Numbered from the stretch's first letter, positions 51,527 to 61,611 are shown. The stretch: 64,000 nt of DNA from an uncultured Gemmatimonadaceae bacterium (GCA_963792685.1 CAWBWW010000001.1:882460-946459), one strand, 5' to 3'. Made by a program: numbers and translations. Notes: a model not told the origin generated them from the sequence alone.

Positions 51527-52260
51527 CTAGGCCTCGCGGCGGTACACCGCGCTCACGGGCGCGCTCTCTTCGAAGTCGCTGAGCGCCGGGCGCGTCGCCG
51601 GAGCGAGCCGCATGCACGAGCTTGTCGAGATCCGAGATGTACAACCCACCTCCCTCGCGCCGCACCAGTCCCTCCGCGCACAGCCGCCCGAGCACGAGCG
51701 AGATCGATTCGCGCGTCGCCCCAACGAGCTCGCCGAGGAGCCGGCGGGGGACCGGCGGGACGGCCGCGCCGGCGCGCATGTCATGACTCTGAGCGAGCCG
51801 CACGAGCGATGCGATCAGCCGCTGTTCGACGGTAAGCATGGCGTGCTGACCGAACTTGACGAGGAGCGCCGTCCTCTCGGCCATGATCTGTCGCAACAGT
51901 ATCAAGGCAGTGGCGGGTTGCTCTCGCAACATGGCGCTGAATCGCGACGAGCTCAGATGCAGCGTCTCGCTCTCCTCCTCCGCGCGCGCCTGGCTCGCGT
52001 AGACTGCGGAACCCTCCAGCCCCTCGCCGCCGAACGTCTCACCAGGCGTCGCCACCCACGGCACGAAGCTCCGCCCCGCGCCCACCTGGTTGCGCAGCAC
52101 CACCTGCCCGCGGAGCACCACGAAAAATCCCGTCAGCCGCCGAGCCCTGCTCGTAGATCGTGAATCCAGCGGGCCAAGACGTCCGGGCTCCGAAAGCGGC
52201 AATTTGATCCCGTTGCTCGCGAGCGACCCGAGTGATTTCTTTCATGAAGACGGTCGGCAT
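51527..52260 (-). CDS. Crp/Fnr-family transcriptional regulator (cNMP-binding domain + C-terminal HTH); appears frame-broken at least once
   Basis: …MKEITRVAREQRDQIAAFGARTSWPAGFTIYEQGSAADGIF… (N-terminus, ORF 52039..52443). …FFVVLRGQVVLRNQVGAGRSFVPWVATPGETFGGEGL… and HTH …RLLGELVGATRESISLVLGRLCAEGLVRREGGGLYISDLDKL… (ORF 50985..52202 frame). Ends are uncertain. Confidence 0.4.
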
Positions 52261-52414
52261 AGCCATGGCACACCAGTTTTGCCTGAACATTGCACGCTGG
52301 CAACCATGCCGCATGTCGGTATGCCGTCTCGCAATGTACGGGCCGTAAAGTGAGCGGGCACAGCGGTTTCCCTCATTTCGTGGTCTCCAGAAATGTCCAG
52401 CGCCGCACCACGAA

Positions 52415-53669
52415 ATGCCGATCCTGGGCACCCCGTTCATCATCCTCGGCGCCGACGCCGTGCTGGGTGCATTGCCCGCATCGCCGGTCCAACTGGCACA
52501 CGCCTGCCTGGCGCTCGGCTTCGAGCTCGCCGCGCCCGCGACGTGGGGCGATGAGCTGATCGCGGAGGGCTGCCTCGATCGGCTCGCGGGCTTCGAGCAT
52601 GCCGACCGCCGTCATGTGTAGTTGCCCGCTCGTCACCGAGCGCCTCACGCGCGCGAGCACGATGCTCGAGCCCTTCATGCTCACGTTTCTCGCACCCCCG
52701 GTCGCGACCGCGCGCTACATCCGCGCCGCGTACCAGGGACAAACGCTCCACATCACGTACGCCGGCGCATGCCCCGGTGCCGAACGATGAGCCGATCGAC
52801 GCACGCCTGCTCCCCTTCCGAGCTGCTCGAGGCCTTCGTCGCGAACGGTATCGTGCTCGAGCACACAGCCGAAGAGTTTCGACGCGCTCGTTCCACTCGA
52901 CCGGCGCCGCTTTTTTTCGCTCCCGGGCGGCGCGCCTTCACGCGATCACGTCGAGCGGAGCGCACAACGCGCGTTCATCGAGCTCCCCGGAGACGATGTG
53001 GTGCTCGAGCTCTCGCAGCAGCTGATCGAGCAGACACCCGCGTTGATCGATCTCGCCGTGCCACTCGGATGCGCGTGCGCGGGCGCGGGCGAGCATGCGC
53101 TTCGCGGCAAGCCGCGCTCAGGACTGCTGCTGCTCGAGCCTCCACGTGCGCGCCAGAAAGTCCTCGATCCGTCGCTGCAGATCGACGTCTCGCTGCCATT
53201 CGTCGATGCGTGTGCCCACCACGCCGAACCAGAGGAAACGCCGGCGCCGCTCGAGGTCCATGCCGCGGCAGATACGATCGCCCCCGTCGTAGAGCCGGAG
53301 CGCATCGTGCACGCCGACGTCGTCGCGTACGCCGAGCACTCTACGGACATGATGCCTCGCCACCGAGCCACCGTGTTCCGCGCAGCAGCCTCTGCTCCGC
53401 GTGTCACGACGGAAAGCGGAGAGCTCGTGCCGCGCGCCGCACTCTCCGCAATCCGGCGCGCACTCGCGCGCATGGCTGCGCGCAAGGCGCGACGCCAGCC
53501 CAAGCTGGAGCGCGGACGGCGCGACCACGCGATCGAGCCGCGTGATCCACTGAACCGCGCGAGTGCTCGCACGCCGCGATCGCTCGCGATCTCCGCCGTG
53601 GACCTCCCGCGCCCCGCTCCACCTCCCCCGCCCTCGCGCCATCGGCCGCGCACGATGCTCGGGCTCTAG
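52415..53669 (+). pseudogene. Unidentified ORF reconstructed across at least 3 frame switches (Cys-containing N-terminal segment); function unknown
   Basis: Protein-like segments on the plus strand. MPILGTPFIILGADAVLGALPASPVQLAHACLALGFELAAPATWGDELIAEGCLDRLAGFEH… (52415-52618). …CSCPLVTERLTRASTMLEPFMLTFLAPPVATARYIRAAYQGQTLHITYAGACPGAE (52610-52787). …PSELLEAFVANGIVLEHTAEEF… (52790-52890). …LELSQQLIEQTPALIDLAVPLGCACAGAGEHALRGK… to the stop at 53669. Minus-strand alternatives are Arg-rich and look non-coding. Confidence 0.25.
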
Positions 53670-53902
53670 CCCGCCGTCGCTTCTCCCGGGGGTGGGGCGG
53701 TTTGTCATTCTGACAATCCATCGCGCTCAGGGTGACAGCCCCCGCTCCTCGCGGGATTACGCATTTGTCACTCCGGCAACTTTCAGCTGGTACGTCCCCT
53801 GCTTTTCCCCGCACGTGCGCACCAACTGGCGCATTGAAAACGGAGAAGCGCACCATCGGGTGACGTCTTTCCTTTTCGTCAACTTTCGAGGAGGAATTCC
53901 CT

Positions 53903-54364
53903 ATGATGACCGTACGCCCTCTCAGCCCCGCACTCGATCGCATGTTCTCGCTCAACCGCGAGCTCGATCGCGCATTCGGTGAAGCACTCGCGGGCACCGG
54001 CAGCCGCGTGTGGCATCCTGCCACGGATGTCATCGAACAGGCCAACGACTATCTCATCACGCTCGAGCTTCCAGGTGTTCGCCCCGATGCGGCCGAGGTC
54101 GTGTTCGAGCAGAACACGCTGACCGTTCGCGGAACGAAGTCGCCCACCGTCCAGCCCACGGAAGACACGGAGCTTCGCATCTACACGGCGGAGCGCGTGA
54201 GCGGCGCGTTCGAGCGCAGCTTCCGTCTGCCGGAGTTTGTCGACGGCAACGGAATCCAGGCGACGTTCGACAACGGAGTGCTGTCGATCTCCATCCCGAA
54301 GAAGCCGGCGTCGCAGCCTCGCAAGATTCAGATCAACGCGAGCACGCCCGCCGTCGCCGGGTGA
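53903..54364 (+). CDS. Small heat-shock protein (Hsp20/alpha-crystallin family)
   Basis: Alpha-crystallin domain (…DYLITLELPGVRPDAAEVVFEQNTLTVRGTK… GAFERSFRLPEFVDGNGIQATFDNGVLSISIPKK…). SD GAGGAGG before the ATG. Confidence 0.85.
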   Translation: MMTVRPLSPALDRMFSLNRELDRAFGEALAGTGSRVWHPATDVIEQANDYLITLELPGVRPDAAEVVFEQNTLTVRGTKSPTVQPTEDTELRIYTAERVSGAFERSFRLPEFVDGNGIQATFDNGVLSISIPKKPASQPRKIQINASTPAVAG

Positions 54365-54377
54365 GCGATCCGGCACG

Positions 54378-54402
54378 TGGAGCGCGGCCACGCCGCGCTC
54401 CA
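54378..54402. terminator. 10-bp perfect hairpin (TGGAGCGCGG/CCGCGCTCCA) between convergent hsp20 and marC; no clear U-tract
   Basis: Read from the sequence. Confidence 0.3.
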
Positions 54403-54410
54403 CGGCCACG

Positions 54411-55037
54411 CTACAGGTTGAGCGCCTCGCGCGCTCCCGTGATCACGAACTGCGTCGCGACAGCAGCGAGCAGCAGCCCCATGATGCGCGTCATCACGCG
54501 GATGCCGGTCTGCCCCATCACCGTCACCAGGCGGTCGCCCGCGCGCAGCGTGAGCCAGCAGATGATCGCGGTGAGCCACACCGATCCGTACACGGCCACG
54601 TTTCCAAAGATCGTGTGCGATTGCCCGGCGAGTACCATCACCGTGGAGATTGCGCCGGGACCCGCGAGCATCGGCATCGCGAGCGGTGTGAGCGCCACGT
54701 CTTCCTTCTCCTGTCCCTCGACGATCTCCTCCGTGCTCTCCTGCGTCGTCCGCTCGCCGCGCAGCATGTCCATCGCCACGAGCCAGAGGATCAGTCCACC
54801 GGCAATGCGAAATGCCGGCAGCGTAATGCCGAAGACCTTGAAGATCTCGGTGCCGGCAATGCCGAACACCGTCATGAGAAGACCGGCAGCGATGCACGAC
54901 CGGAGGGCGGTGCGCTTCCGCTGATCTGGCGATTGGCCCTGCGTGATCACGAGATACGTCGGGATCACGGCCACAGGGTCCACGATGAACAGCAGCGACG
55001 TGAACGTGACGAGCGCGAACTGCAGATAGTTCATCAT
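54411..55037 (-). CDS. MarC-family integral membrane protein (UPF0056)
   Basis: Six TM helices with the MarC-typical …FIVDPVAVIPTYLVIT… N-terminus. Confidence 0.8.
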   Translation of the reverse strand: MMNYLQFALVTFTSLLFIVDPVAVIPTYLVITQGQSPDQRKRTALRSCIAAGLLMTVFGIAGTEIFKVFGITLPAFRIAGGLILWLVAMDMLRGERTTQESTEEIVEGQEKEDVALTPLAMPMLAGPGAISTVMVLAGQSHTIFGNVAVYGSVWLTAIICWLTLRAGDRLVTVMGQTGIRVMTRIMGLLLAAVATQFVITGAREALNL

Positions 55038-55595
55038 CGGTCGTCGTACTCGTGCAGCGAGGCCTCGAGCGCGTCGCGTAGCCGCTGCTCACGGTCAGCA
55101 CCTTCCGGTACGCCCGACGCCGCCACCGCGAACTGCTCCAGCATCTCCTGCTCCACGAAGCTCGGCTTCACCTCGACGCCGAGCTCTTCGATGGCCCGAA
55201 CGGCCAGCCGCCGCAGAAGCGCACGCGTCTCGGGCTCGAGCGCAGCCAGCCCCGCGGGGTCGCGCGGCAATGGCTCGAGCGGATTCCGCGCGCGCTGCGG
55301 TGCGTCACGCACGGCGCCCACCTTCGCGAACTTCACGACGAAGGAGCCAGGCGTGTGCTCCGACACTTCGCTGATCACACCCCGGCGGCGGAGCGCTGCG
55401 AACAGCTGCACGATCGACTCGCGCACGACGGACACGCCATCCGGGCTGTTGTTCCCGCGCCCCGTGATCACGAGCGCTTCCGTAGCGCGACTCATCTCGA
55501 CGCTCGCGCAGCCAGTTTTCCGCACGCCGTACCGCCTGATCGCGCGACGGATGATGGGTGCGGAGATTGAGCGTACGGTCCGCGCCGAAGCGCAT
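55034..55595 (-). CDS. Smr-domain protein; one frame break near 55500
   Basis: N-terminal half of Smr (…RTLNLRTHHPSRDQAVRRAENWLRE…) in ORF frame 55305..55745. C-terminal half (…ALVITGRGNNSPDGVSVVRESIVQLFAALRRRGVISEVSEHTPGSFVV…) in frame 55034..55525. TGA/ATG overlap with marC. Confidence 0.5.
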
Positions 55596-55812
55596 CTCGT
55601 CGAGTGCCTGGTGCAGCCCCGATGCCCGCGGGCGGCTCACGTCGGGCCGCTCGGCGTGAGATCCCGGAAATGGCGCCGAAGCTGGACGCTGCAGCGGATG
55701 CGCATGCAGGAAGCTACAGTCTCCGTGCCCACATGTCAGCGGCACACGGGTCCCACAAACGAAACGAGCCGCCCCATGTGTGAGGCGGCTCGCTCGTCGA
55801 CTGCGGTCGGTG

Positions 55813-56412
55813 CTAGAACGTCAGACCAACACTGATCGGAAGCATCTGGAACTTTGGGTTGTTCCCGTTGTTCGAGAAGTCGCTTCCCTTCAGGAACACG
55901 TAGTGATAGCGGGCCTCGACGAACGGCGAGAGGCTGCCGACGTTGAACTTGAATCCCACACCACCATTCAGTCCGAACTTGGTCTCGCTGCCGTTGCTGC
56001 TATAGTCGACGCCGTCAAACGTGCCAGACGTCTTGAAGTTGTACACGCCCACACCGGCAAGCACATAGAACTTCAGCGTTTTGCCGGAACCGATGTTGGC
56101 GACTGCATCCGCGGTGCCGTGCAAATCGCGGAGATGAACGCCGCTCACACCTTTCACTCCGAACTGATGCCACTGACCGTCGATACGAAGTCCGACCGGA
56201 GAGTTGGCGAAACCGAAATTCACGAGCGCGCCCGCATGCCAGCCCGTGTTGACGATATCACTGAACCCGCTCGTGGGCAGGCTGACGCCACCAAGGATAC
56301 CGAACTGGATCGGCGTCTTGTTCGCCATCTCACTCGTCTCCTGCGCAGCGGCACTCCCGCTCGACAACAGAGTGAACCCCAGCACAGCAGCACCCGTAAG
56401 AATACGCTTCAT
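55813..56412 (-). CDS. Outer-membrane beta-barrel protein (small OmpA/OmpW-like 8-strand barrel), paralog 1
   Basis: Signal peptide MKRILTGAAVLGFTLLSSGSAAAQ. Alternating amphipathic strands; C-terminal …LPISVGLTF ending in Phe. SD AGGAAGCGAGGAAATT. Confidence 0.7.
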   Translation of the reverse strand: MKRILTGAAVLGFTLLSSGSAAAQETSEMANKTPIQFGILGGVSLPTSGFSDIVNTGWHAGALVNFGFANSPVGLRIDGQWHQFGVKGVSGVHLRDLHGTADAVANIGSGKTLKFYVLAGVGVYNFKTSGTFDGVDYSSNGSETKFGLNGGVGFKFNVGSLSPFVEARYHYVFLKGSDFSNNGNNPKFQMLPISVGLTF

Positions 56413-56807
56413 AATTTCCTCGCTTCCTTTATTAGATGGTCACGTACGCGACGACTGAACGAGTGTCGCATTCGTACCAGAAAGCAAAAAAGAAGCCGCT
56501 CTCCCCGGGAACAGAGGTCTCTTGATGTGTCGCGTCCGCTACAATCCTCTTTCAGCGGACGCAGTGTGATACGCAGCGCACTCCGTTCGTGAGACTCACG
56601 TCATCACCGCCGCGATTGCGCCCGTAAACGCTCGTGTATCATCCCGCGAATGAGTATTGGCTCGAATGCAATACTGCCCGCGCTCACGCACGCCGAAGTT
56701 GGCGCCGTGATCGCGGGCAGCAAGAAACAATTTTCTGGTACTACACCTGCACTGACTCGTGAGTTCCTCGGTACTCGCTCAACCATCCGGCGTGCACGGT
56801 CAACTGG

Positions 56808-57407
56808 CTAGAAGGTGATGCCGACGCTGATCGGAAGGAACTGCAGCGACTTCGCGTTGGTCGAAGACACATCGCCGATCGCCGATCCGTGAATCACGTT
56901 GTGGTAGCGCGCTTCGATGAACGTGGCGAACCCGGTGAGCTGGAACTTGAATCCGACACCCGCATTGAGCCCGAACTTCGTCGAGCTCGCAGTCACATTG
57001 GTGTCGCGATCCTTCACGCGTTCGTTATACGCGCCGATGCCGCCAATGAGATAGAACTTGGTCGGGAGCGCCGCGCCGAATGTGTACACGACGTTCGCGG
57101 TACCATCGATGATCCGGAAGTCGGGCGGCCTGGTGTTGTCGGAAAAAAGGATGTCCTTGCCGCCCATCTGGTGCCACTGACCGTCGATCCGAAAGCTCAC
57201 CGGCACGAGCGGTACGCCGATCGAAATGAGCGCACCCGCGTTCCACCCGGTCTTGGCCTCATCGGAGAGATCGCTCAAGGGAATCGTGGCCCCGCCCATG
57301 ATCCCGAAGCGCACCGGGCTACTGATGATGGCCTGCGCCGAAACCGGCGCGCTGGCCGCGGTGAGAACGAGCCCCAGAACGGCGGCAGTGATGGCCGTAC
57401 GCTTCAT
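56808..57407 (-). CDS. Outer-membrane beta-barrel protein, paralog 2 (identical length and conserved blocks with paralog 1: …FRIDGQWHQ… FKF… FLPISVGITF)
   Basis: Start at Met 57405-57407 (MKRTAITAAVLGLVLTAASAPVSAQA); SD AGGGGGAA. The upstream part of the ORF call is non-coding. Confidence 0.7.
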   Translation of the reverse strand: MKRTAITAAVLGLVLTAASAPVSAQAIISSPVRFGIMGGATIPLSDLSDEAKTGWNAGALISIGVPLVPVSFRIDGQWHQMGGKDILFSDNTRPPDFRIIDGTANVVYTFGAALPTKFYLIGGIGAYNERVKDRDTNVTASSTKFGLNAGVGFKFQLTGFATFIEARYHNVIHGSAIGDVSSTNAKSLQFLPISVGITF

Positions 57408-57638
57408 AACATTCCCCCTGACAGTTCGTGATTCGCGCCCTCGGCTACACTCATCATTTCGCAAGTCGCCAAAGGCCGTCCGGCACGTGCCGGTCACCGC
57501 TCCAGTGCAAGAAGCACGCATGACAAATGATTGGATCCGAGAATAGTTCTCGGCGGCGCTACTGATGAGACGCACGGGCGCCCGGAACGTTTGGAGGACT
57601 GACGAATTTTTATTGGTGAGTTCGGTCACACCGCGCGC

Positions 57639-58133
57639 TCAGGCGGCGCGATCGATCCTGTCCGCGCTCAACCGTCGCGCCACGCACACCTCGGTGCAGC
57701 CGAATCGCCGCACGCATGATGCGCAATCGCGACGCACCTTTTCCGGATAGCGCGATCGTTCGGTGATCGCATAGCCTGCACGCTCGAAAAAGCCGGCGGT
57801 CATCGTGAGTGCGAACAACTCGTCGATGCCGCGCATCCGCGCCAGCATCTCGAGCTCCTCGACGACGCGAGTGCCGATACCGCTCCCGTGAGCGTCGCGC
57901 GCAACTGCCAGTGACGCCACCTCCGCGAGCGATGGCGAGTACTCCTTGAGCGCACCGCACGCGCGCACGCGCCCCCGCACGTCGATGGCGACCAGGAAAT
58001 CCTCGAGCGCGAGCGTGACTCGCTCCTCTGTGATCGGCAGCATCACGCTGTCCGACGCGTAGCCATTCACGAGCGCGACGATGCTCGCGACATCTCCAGG
58101 CTGCGCCATGCGCAACGAAAGCTGCGCTCTCAC
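57639..58133 (-). CDS. GNAT-family N-acetyltransferase in the arg cluster, likely a short-form N-acetylglutamate synthase (ArgA-like)
   Basis: …YASDSVMLPITEERVTLALEDF… and acetyl-CoA site …HGSGIGTRVVEELEMLARMRGIDELFALT…. Position directly downstream of argD-argB-argC on the same strand. Functional assignment is inference from context. Confidence 0.5.
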   Translation of the reverse strand: MRAQLSLRMAQPGDVASIVALVNGYASDSVMLPITEERVTLALEDFLVAIDVRGRVRACGALKEYSPSLAEVASLAVARDAHGSGIGTRVVEELEMLARMRGIDELFALTMTAGFFERAGYAITERSRYPEKVRRDCASCVRRFGCTEVCVARRLSADRIDRAA

Positions 58134-59341
58134 GACAACGACCTCCCGAGTAATTCGACGCCCTCCACGAGCTCGTCGCGCGTCGCTGTGAGTGGCGGCA
58201 GCAGACGCAGCGTGTACTCGCCCGCGGTCAGCATCAGGAGCCCGACCTCACGCGCACTCTCGACGATCTCCGCCGCCGGACGCCTCACATCGAGGCCCCA
58301 CAGCAACCCCACTCCGCGCACCGCACGGATCTCGCTCCGTCGCTCCGCCATCGCACGCAGCGCCTCGCCAAGCCATGCGCCGTTCTCGCGCACGTGCGCG
58401 AGGAGTGATGCGTCAGACAGCCGATCGAACACGTGCTTCGCCACGGAGGACACAAAGGGTCCGCCCCCGAATGTGGTCCCGTGGTCACCTGGCTGCATCG
58501 CGCGCGCGATGTCCGCACTCACGAGAATCGCTCCCATCGGCAAACCTCCTGCGAGTGGCTTCGCGAGGGTCACGACATCCGGCACGACGTCTGCGCGCTC
58601 GTACGCGAAGAGCCATCCGGTGCGCCCGAGCCCGCACTGCACCTCGTCGAAGATGAGCGCGACGTTCCGCTCGCGCGTGAGCTCGCGAAGTGCGGCGAGA
58701 AACGACGGCTCGAGTACGCGCACACCGCCCTCTCCCTGCACTGGCTCGAGGATAACGGCGGCGACCGTCGATCGATCGAGCAGTCTGGCCAGCTCGCCGA
58801 TGTCGCGCTCCGCGATCGCGATGCCGGCCGCGAGCGGGCGAAAGGGAGCGCGATACGACGGTCGGTCGGTGGCCGCCAGCGTCGCGAACAGCCGACCGTG
58901 GAAGCTGCCGCGCAACGCAATGATCTCGTGCTTGTCCGCGCCGCCTGACTCGCGCGCCCACCTGCGCACGAACTTGAACGCACCCTCGTTCGCTTCCGCG
59001 CCGGAATTGCAGAAGAACACACTCGACGCGAACGACCGCGCGACGAGCGCCTCCGCGAGCTCGCGGCCGGGTGCCGAGTGAAAGAGATTCGACGTGTGCA
59101 GCACGCCGCTCTCGAGCGCCGCGCGCGCCGCGCCTGCAATGCCCTCGTCGCCGTAGCCGAGTGCGTTGACGGCGATCCCGCTCGTGAAGTCGAGATAGCT
59201 GCGTCCGTCCGCGTCGAACAGCCGCACTCCAGCCCCGCGCACGATCTCCAGCGGCGCACGTTTATAGACTGGCAGCAGCGCACCGCCGTCGTTCGGCTCT
59301 GTGGATGTTGGATGCGCCACGAACACGGGAAGCGTCGTCAT
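58130..59341 (-). CDS. argD: Acetylornithine aminotransferase (class-III PLP-dependent)
   Basis: …SGAEANEGAFKF… and PLP-lysine region …VVPDVVTLAKPLAGGLPMGAILV…. Start at Met 59339-59341 (MTTLPVF…); the listed upstream extension is non-coding. Confidence 0.8.
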   Translation of the reverse strand: MTTLPVFVAHPTSTEPNDGGALLPVYKRAPLEIVRGAGVRLFDADGRSYLDFTSGIAVNALGYGDEGIAGAARAALESGVLHTSNLFHSAPGRELAEALVARSFASSVFFCNSGAEANEGAFKFVRRWARESGGADKHEIIALRGSFHGRLFATLAATDRPSYRAPFRPLAAGIAIAERDIGELARLLDRSTVAAVILEPVQGEGGVRVLEPSFLAALRELTRERNVALIFDEVQCGLGRTGWLFAYERADVVPDVVTLAKPLAGGLPMGAILVSADIARAMQPGDHGTTFGGGPFVSSVAKHVFDRLSDASLLAHVRENGAWLGEALRAMAERRSEIRAVRGVGLLWGLDVRRPAAEIVESAREVGLLMLTAGEYTLRLLPPLTATRDELVEGVELLGRSLS

Positions 59342-60099
59342 ACGAGCTGCGATGCTGCGACGAGTGTCGTTCCGGACGCGCCATCGTGAATGGCATCGAG
59401 GCCGCCGATGCGCACCTGGCGCACGCCGCACTGTAGTGCATCGAGCCCCGCGCGAAGCTTGGTCACCATGCCGGATGTGGCCATGCCGTTCCCGATGGCA
59501 CGCTCCGCATCGTCTGCGCACATCCACGCGGCGGGTGCGCCGTCGATCAACACCCCCGGCACATCCGAGATGAGCAGCAGCTCGTCCGCGTCGAGTGCAG
59601 CGGCGATCGCTGCGGCCGCATCATCCGCATTGACGTTGAGCGCGTCTCCGTTCGCGGAGTGGCCGTCCCGAGCGACGGGGGAGATCACGGGAAGAAAGCC
59701 GCCGGCAAGTAGTGTCTTCACCAGCCCTGTCTGCACGCGCGTCACGGCACCCACGCGTCCAAGCACCGCCTCGTCGAGCGCGTGCGCCATGAGAAGTGAG
59801 CCGTCCTCACCTGAGATGCCAACGGCCGGGAGTCCCTCAGCACTAAGAGATCCCACGAGCTCCTTGTTCGCCACGCCCGAGAGGCCCATCCTCAGCACTG
59901 TGATATCGTCGCGCGTTGTGACACGCCGTCCATCGATGAAGTGCGGCGTTCCGCCTAGACGGCATTGCAGAGCGGAGACGGTGTCACCACCGCCGTGCAC
60001 CACCACGAAGCTCTCCGGCGCATCCGCCCACTGGTGCGCCAGGGCGACCCAGAGCCGCGCGTCGTGCTGCACGCGCCCGCCGACCTTGATCACGCGCAT
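59338..60099 (-). CDS. argB: Acetylglutamate kinase
   Basis: MRVIKVGG…VVVHGGG… and …GLVKTLLAGGFLPVISPVA… amino-acid kinase motifs. ATGA overlap with argD. Confidence 0.85.
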   Translation of the reverse strand: MRVIKVGGRVQHDARLWVALAHQWADAPESFVVVHGGGDTVSALQCRLGGTPHFIDGRRVTTRDDITVLRMGLSGVANKELVGSLSAEGLPAVGISGEDGSLLMAHALDEAVLGRVGAVTRVQTGLVKTLLAGGFLPVISPVARDGHSANGDALNVNADDAAAAIAAALDADELLLISDVPGVLIDGAPAAWMCADDAERAIGNGMATSGMVTKLRAGLDALQCGVRQVRIGGLDAIHDGASGTTLVAASQLV

Positions 60100-61067
60100 C
60101 AGACGGGCAGCCCCATGGTCTCATCGAGACCGAGGAGCAAATTGGCGTTTTGCAGTGCCTGTCCGGCCGCTCCCTTCACGAGGTTGTCGATCGCGGCGAC
60201 GATGAGCACCGTCGGGGTGCGCACTCCCGCTGCCATCGTCGCGGTAATGCGCACGATATTGCGGTGCACGACATCGCGCAGCGACGGAATCTCCGCGCTC
60301 ACCTCAATGAACGGCTCGCCGGCGAATCGCTCGCGCCATGGGCCGAGCACATCGTCGAGCCGCTCGGTCAGCGGTACGGTGATTGTTGCCAGGATGCCGC
60401 GCGCGACCGGCAGCAGGTGCGGCGTGAAGATCAAGTCGGCGTCGCAGCCGAGCGATGCGATCACGGAACGCATCTCGGCCAGGTGCCGGTGCGAGTTCCC
60501 GATCGCGTATGGCCGGTAGTCATCCGCCACCTCGGCGAACATGAGCTCGCGCTTGGGGGTGAACCCAGCGCCTGTCACACCACTCGCGGCGTTGACGGTG
60601 ATTGTCGCGCCAGGCGCTACGAGCCCGCGCTCGAGCAGTGGCAGCAGCGCGAGCAGCGTCACGGTGGGATAGCATCCGGGATTGGACACGATCTCTGCGT
60701 CGCGCACGCATGCGCGCGCGAGCTCCGTCAGCCCGTACGGCACGCCGCCGCTCACTGTTGGCACGCTGCCGGGGCGGAGATCGGCGGAGAGGTCCACCAC
60801 TTTGGCCCCGGCGTCGTGCGCCGCGCGCACCCACTGGGCGGACGCGCCGTGCGGCAGCGCGCTGAACACCAGCGCCGCGTCGCCAAGCGGCGCCTCCTCG
60901 GCTGAAACGAAGGACAGCTCCTGACCGCCGAAGCGCGCGCGTGTGCCCGCACGATCCGCCGCCGTCGCGAACGCCAGCCGCGCGTGCGGATGCCTGGCCA
61001 CGAGCTCGCACAGCTCGCGTCCCGCGTATCCGCTCGCACCCAGAACACCAATCGCAAGTTTATGCAC
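60099..61067 (-). CDS. argC: N-acetyl-gamma-glutamyl-phosphate reductase
   Basis: …IGVLGASGYAGREL… NAD-binding N-terminus and the catalytic Cys in …SNPGCYPT…. GTG start at 61065-61067 (VHKLAIG…); the listed upstream 363-aa extension is not coding. Confidence 0.85.
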   Translation of the reverse strand: MHKLAIGVLGASGYAGRELCELVARHPHARLAFATAADRAGTRARFGGQELSFVSAEEAPLGDAALVFSALPHGASAQWVRAAHDAGAKVVDLSADLRPGSVPTVSGGVPYGLTELARACVRDAEIVSNPGCYPTVTLLALLPLLERGLVAPGATITVNAASGVTGAGFTPKRELMFAEVADDYRPYAIGNSHRHLAEMRSVIASLGCDADLIFTPHLLPVARGILATITVPLTERLDDVLGPWRERFAGEPFIEVSAEIPSLRDVVHRNIVRITATMAAGVRTPTVLIVAAIDNLVKGAAGQALQNANLLLGLDETMGLPV

Positions 61068-61086
61068 TGTGAATGCATAAAATTCC
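61059..61086. promoter_or_regulatory. ARG-box-like palindrome TTTATGCActgtgaaTGCATAAAattcc in the divergent argC/argR control region
   Basis: Near-perfect inverted repeat (TATGCA…TGCATA) containing TGAAT…ATTC half-sites. Lies between the divergent argC start and argR start (61147). Confidence 0.35.
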
Positions 61087-61146
61087 AGTGCGCTGCTGTC
61101 AATGCCCGCCTCTCGCCCGGGCCGCGGCCACTCGCTATTCTCCGCC

Positions 61147-61611
61147 ATGGCCAACAAACGCGAGCGGCAGGGGACGATTCGCAGCATCATCGATGCGCGC
61201 CCGATCGAGAATCAGGAGGAGCTCCGCAAGCAGCTCCGCCAGCGTGGGTGGGACGTCACGCAGTCCACGCTCTCACGCGACCTGCGGGAGATGCGCGTGT
61301 CACGCATCCCGCACCAGGGCGGGAGCTCGCGGTACGCCATCACCAGCGAGGACACGGATGCGCGTCCCCCGCTCACCACGCTACTGCCGCCGCTCTATAC
61401 GGCCATCGACGGCGTTGGGGAGCTCATCGTGCTCCACACACTGCCGGGCGGCGCGCAGCCCATCGGCGTCGCTCTGGACGCCGAGGAGTGGCCGGAGGTG
61501 ATGGGGACGATCGCAGGTGATGACACGGTCCTCATCGTCTGCCGCTCGAGCGCCGCCATGGAGAAGGTGATCAAGCGCCTGAAATCGGTCGCGGGCTCCG
61601 CCGCGGTCTGA
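61147..61611 (+). CDS. argR: Arginine repressor ArgR
   Basis: N-terminal winged helix …NQEELRKQLRQRGWDVTQSTLSRDLREM… and C-terminal oligomerisation/arginine-binding domain …GTIAGDDTVLIVC…. Confidence 0.85.
   Translation: MANKRERQGTIRSIIDARPIENQEELRKQLRQRGWDVTQSTLSRDLREMRVSRIPHQGGSSRYAITSEDTDARPPLTTLLPPLYTAIDGVGELIVLHTLPGGAQPIGVALDAEEWPEVMGTIAGDDTVLIVCRSSAAMEKVIKRLKSVAGSAAV

Noticed and set aside
45560-57500. Recurrent CACGTG cores in several intergenic palindromes (45567, 54373, 57487)
   Set aside because: At 68% GC about 20 occurrences of this 6-mer are expected in 64 kb. Only the 14-bp perfect palindrome at 57483-57496 is kept as an observation.
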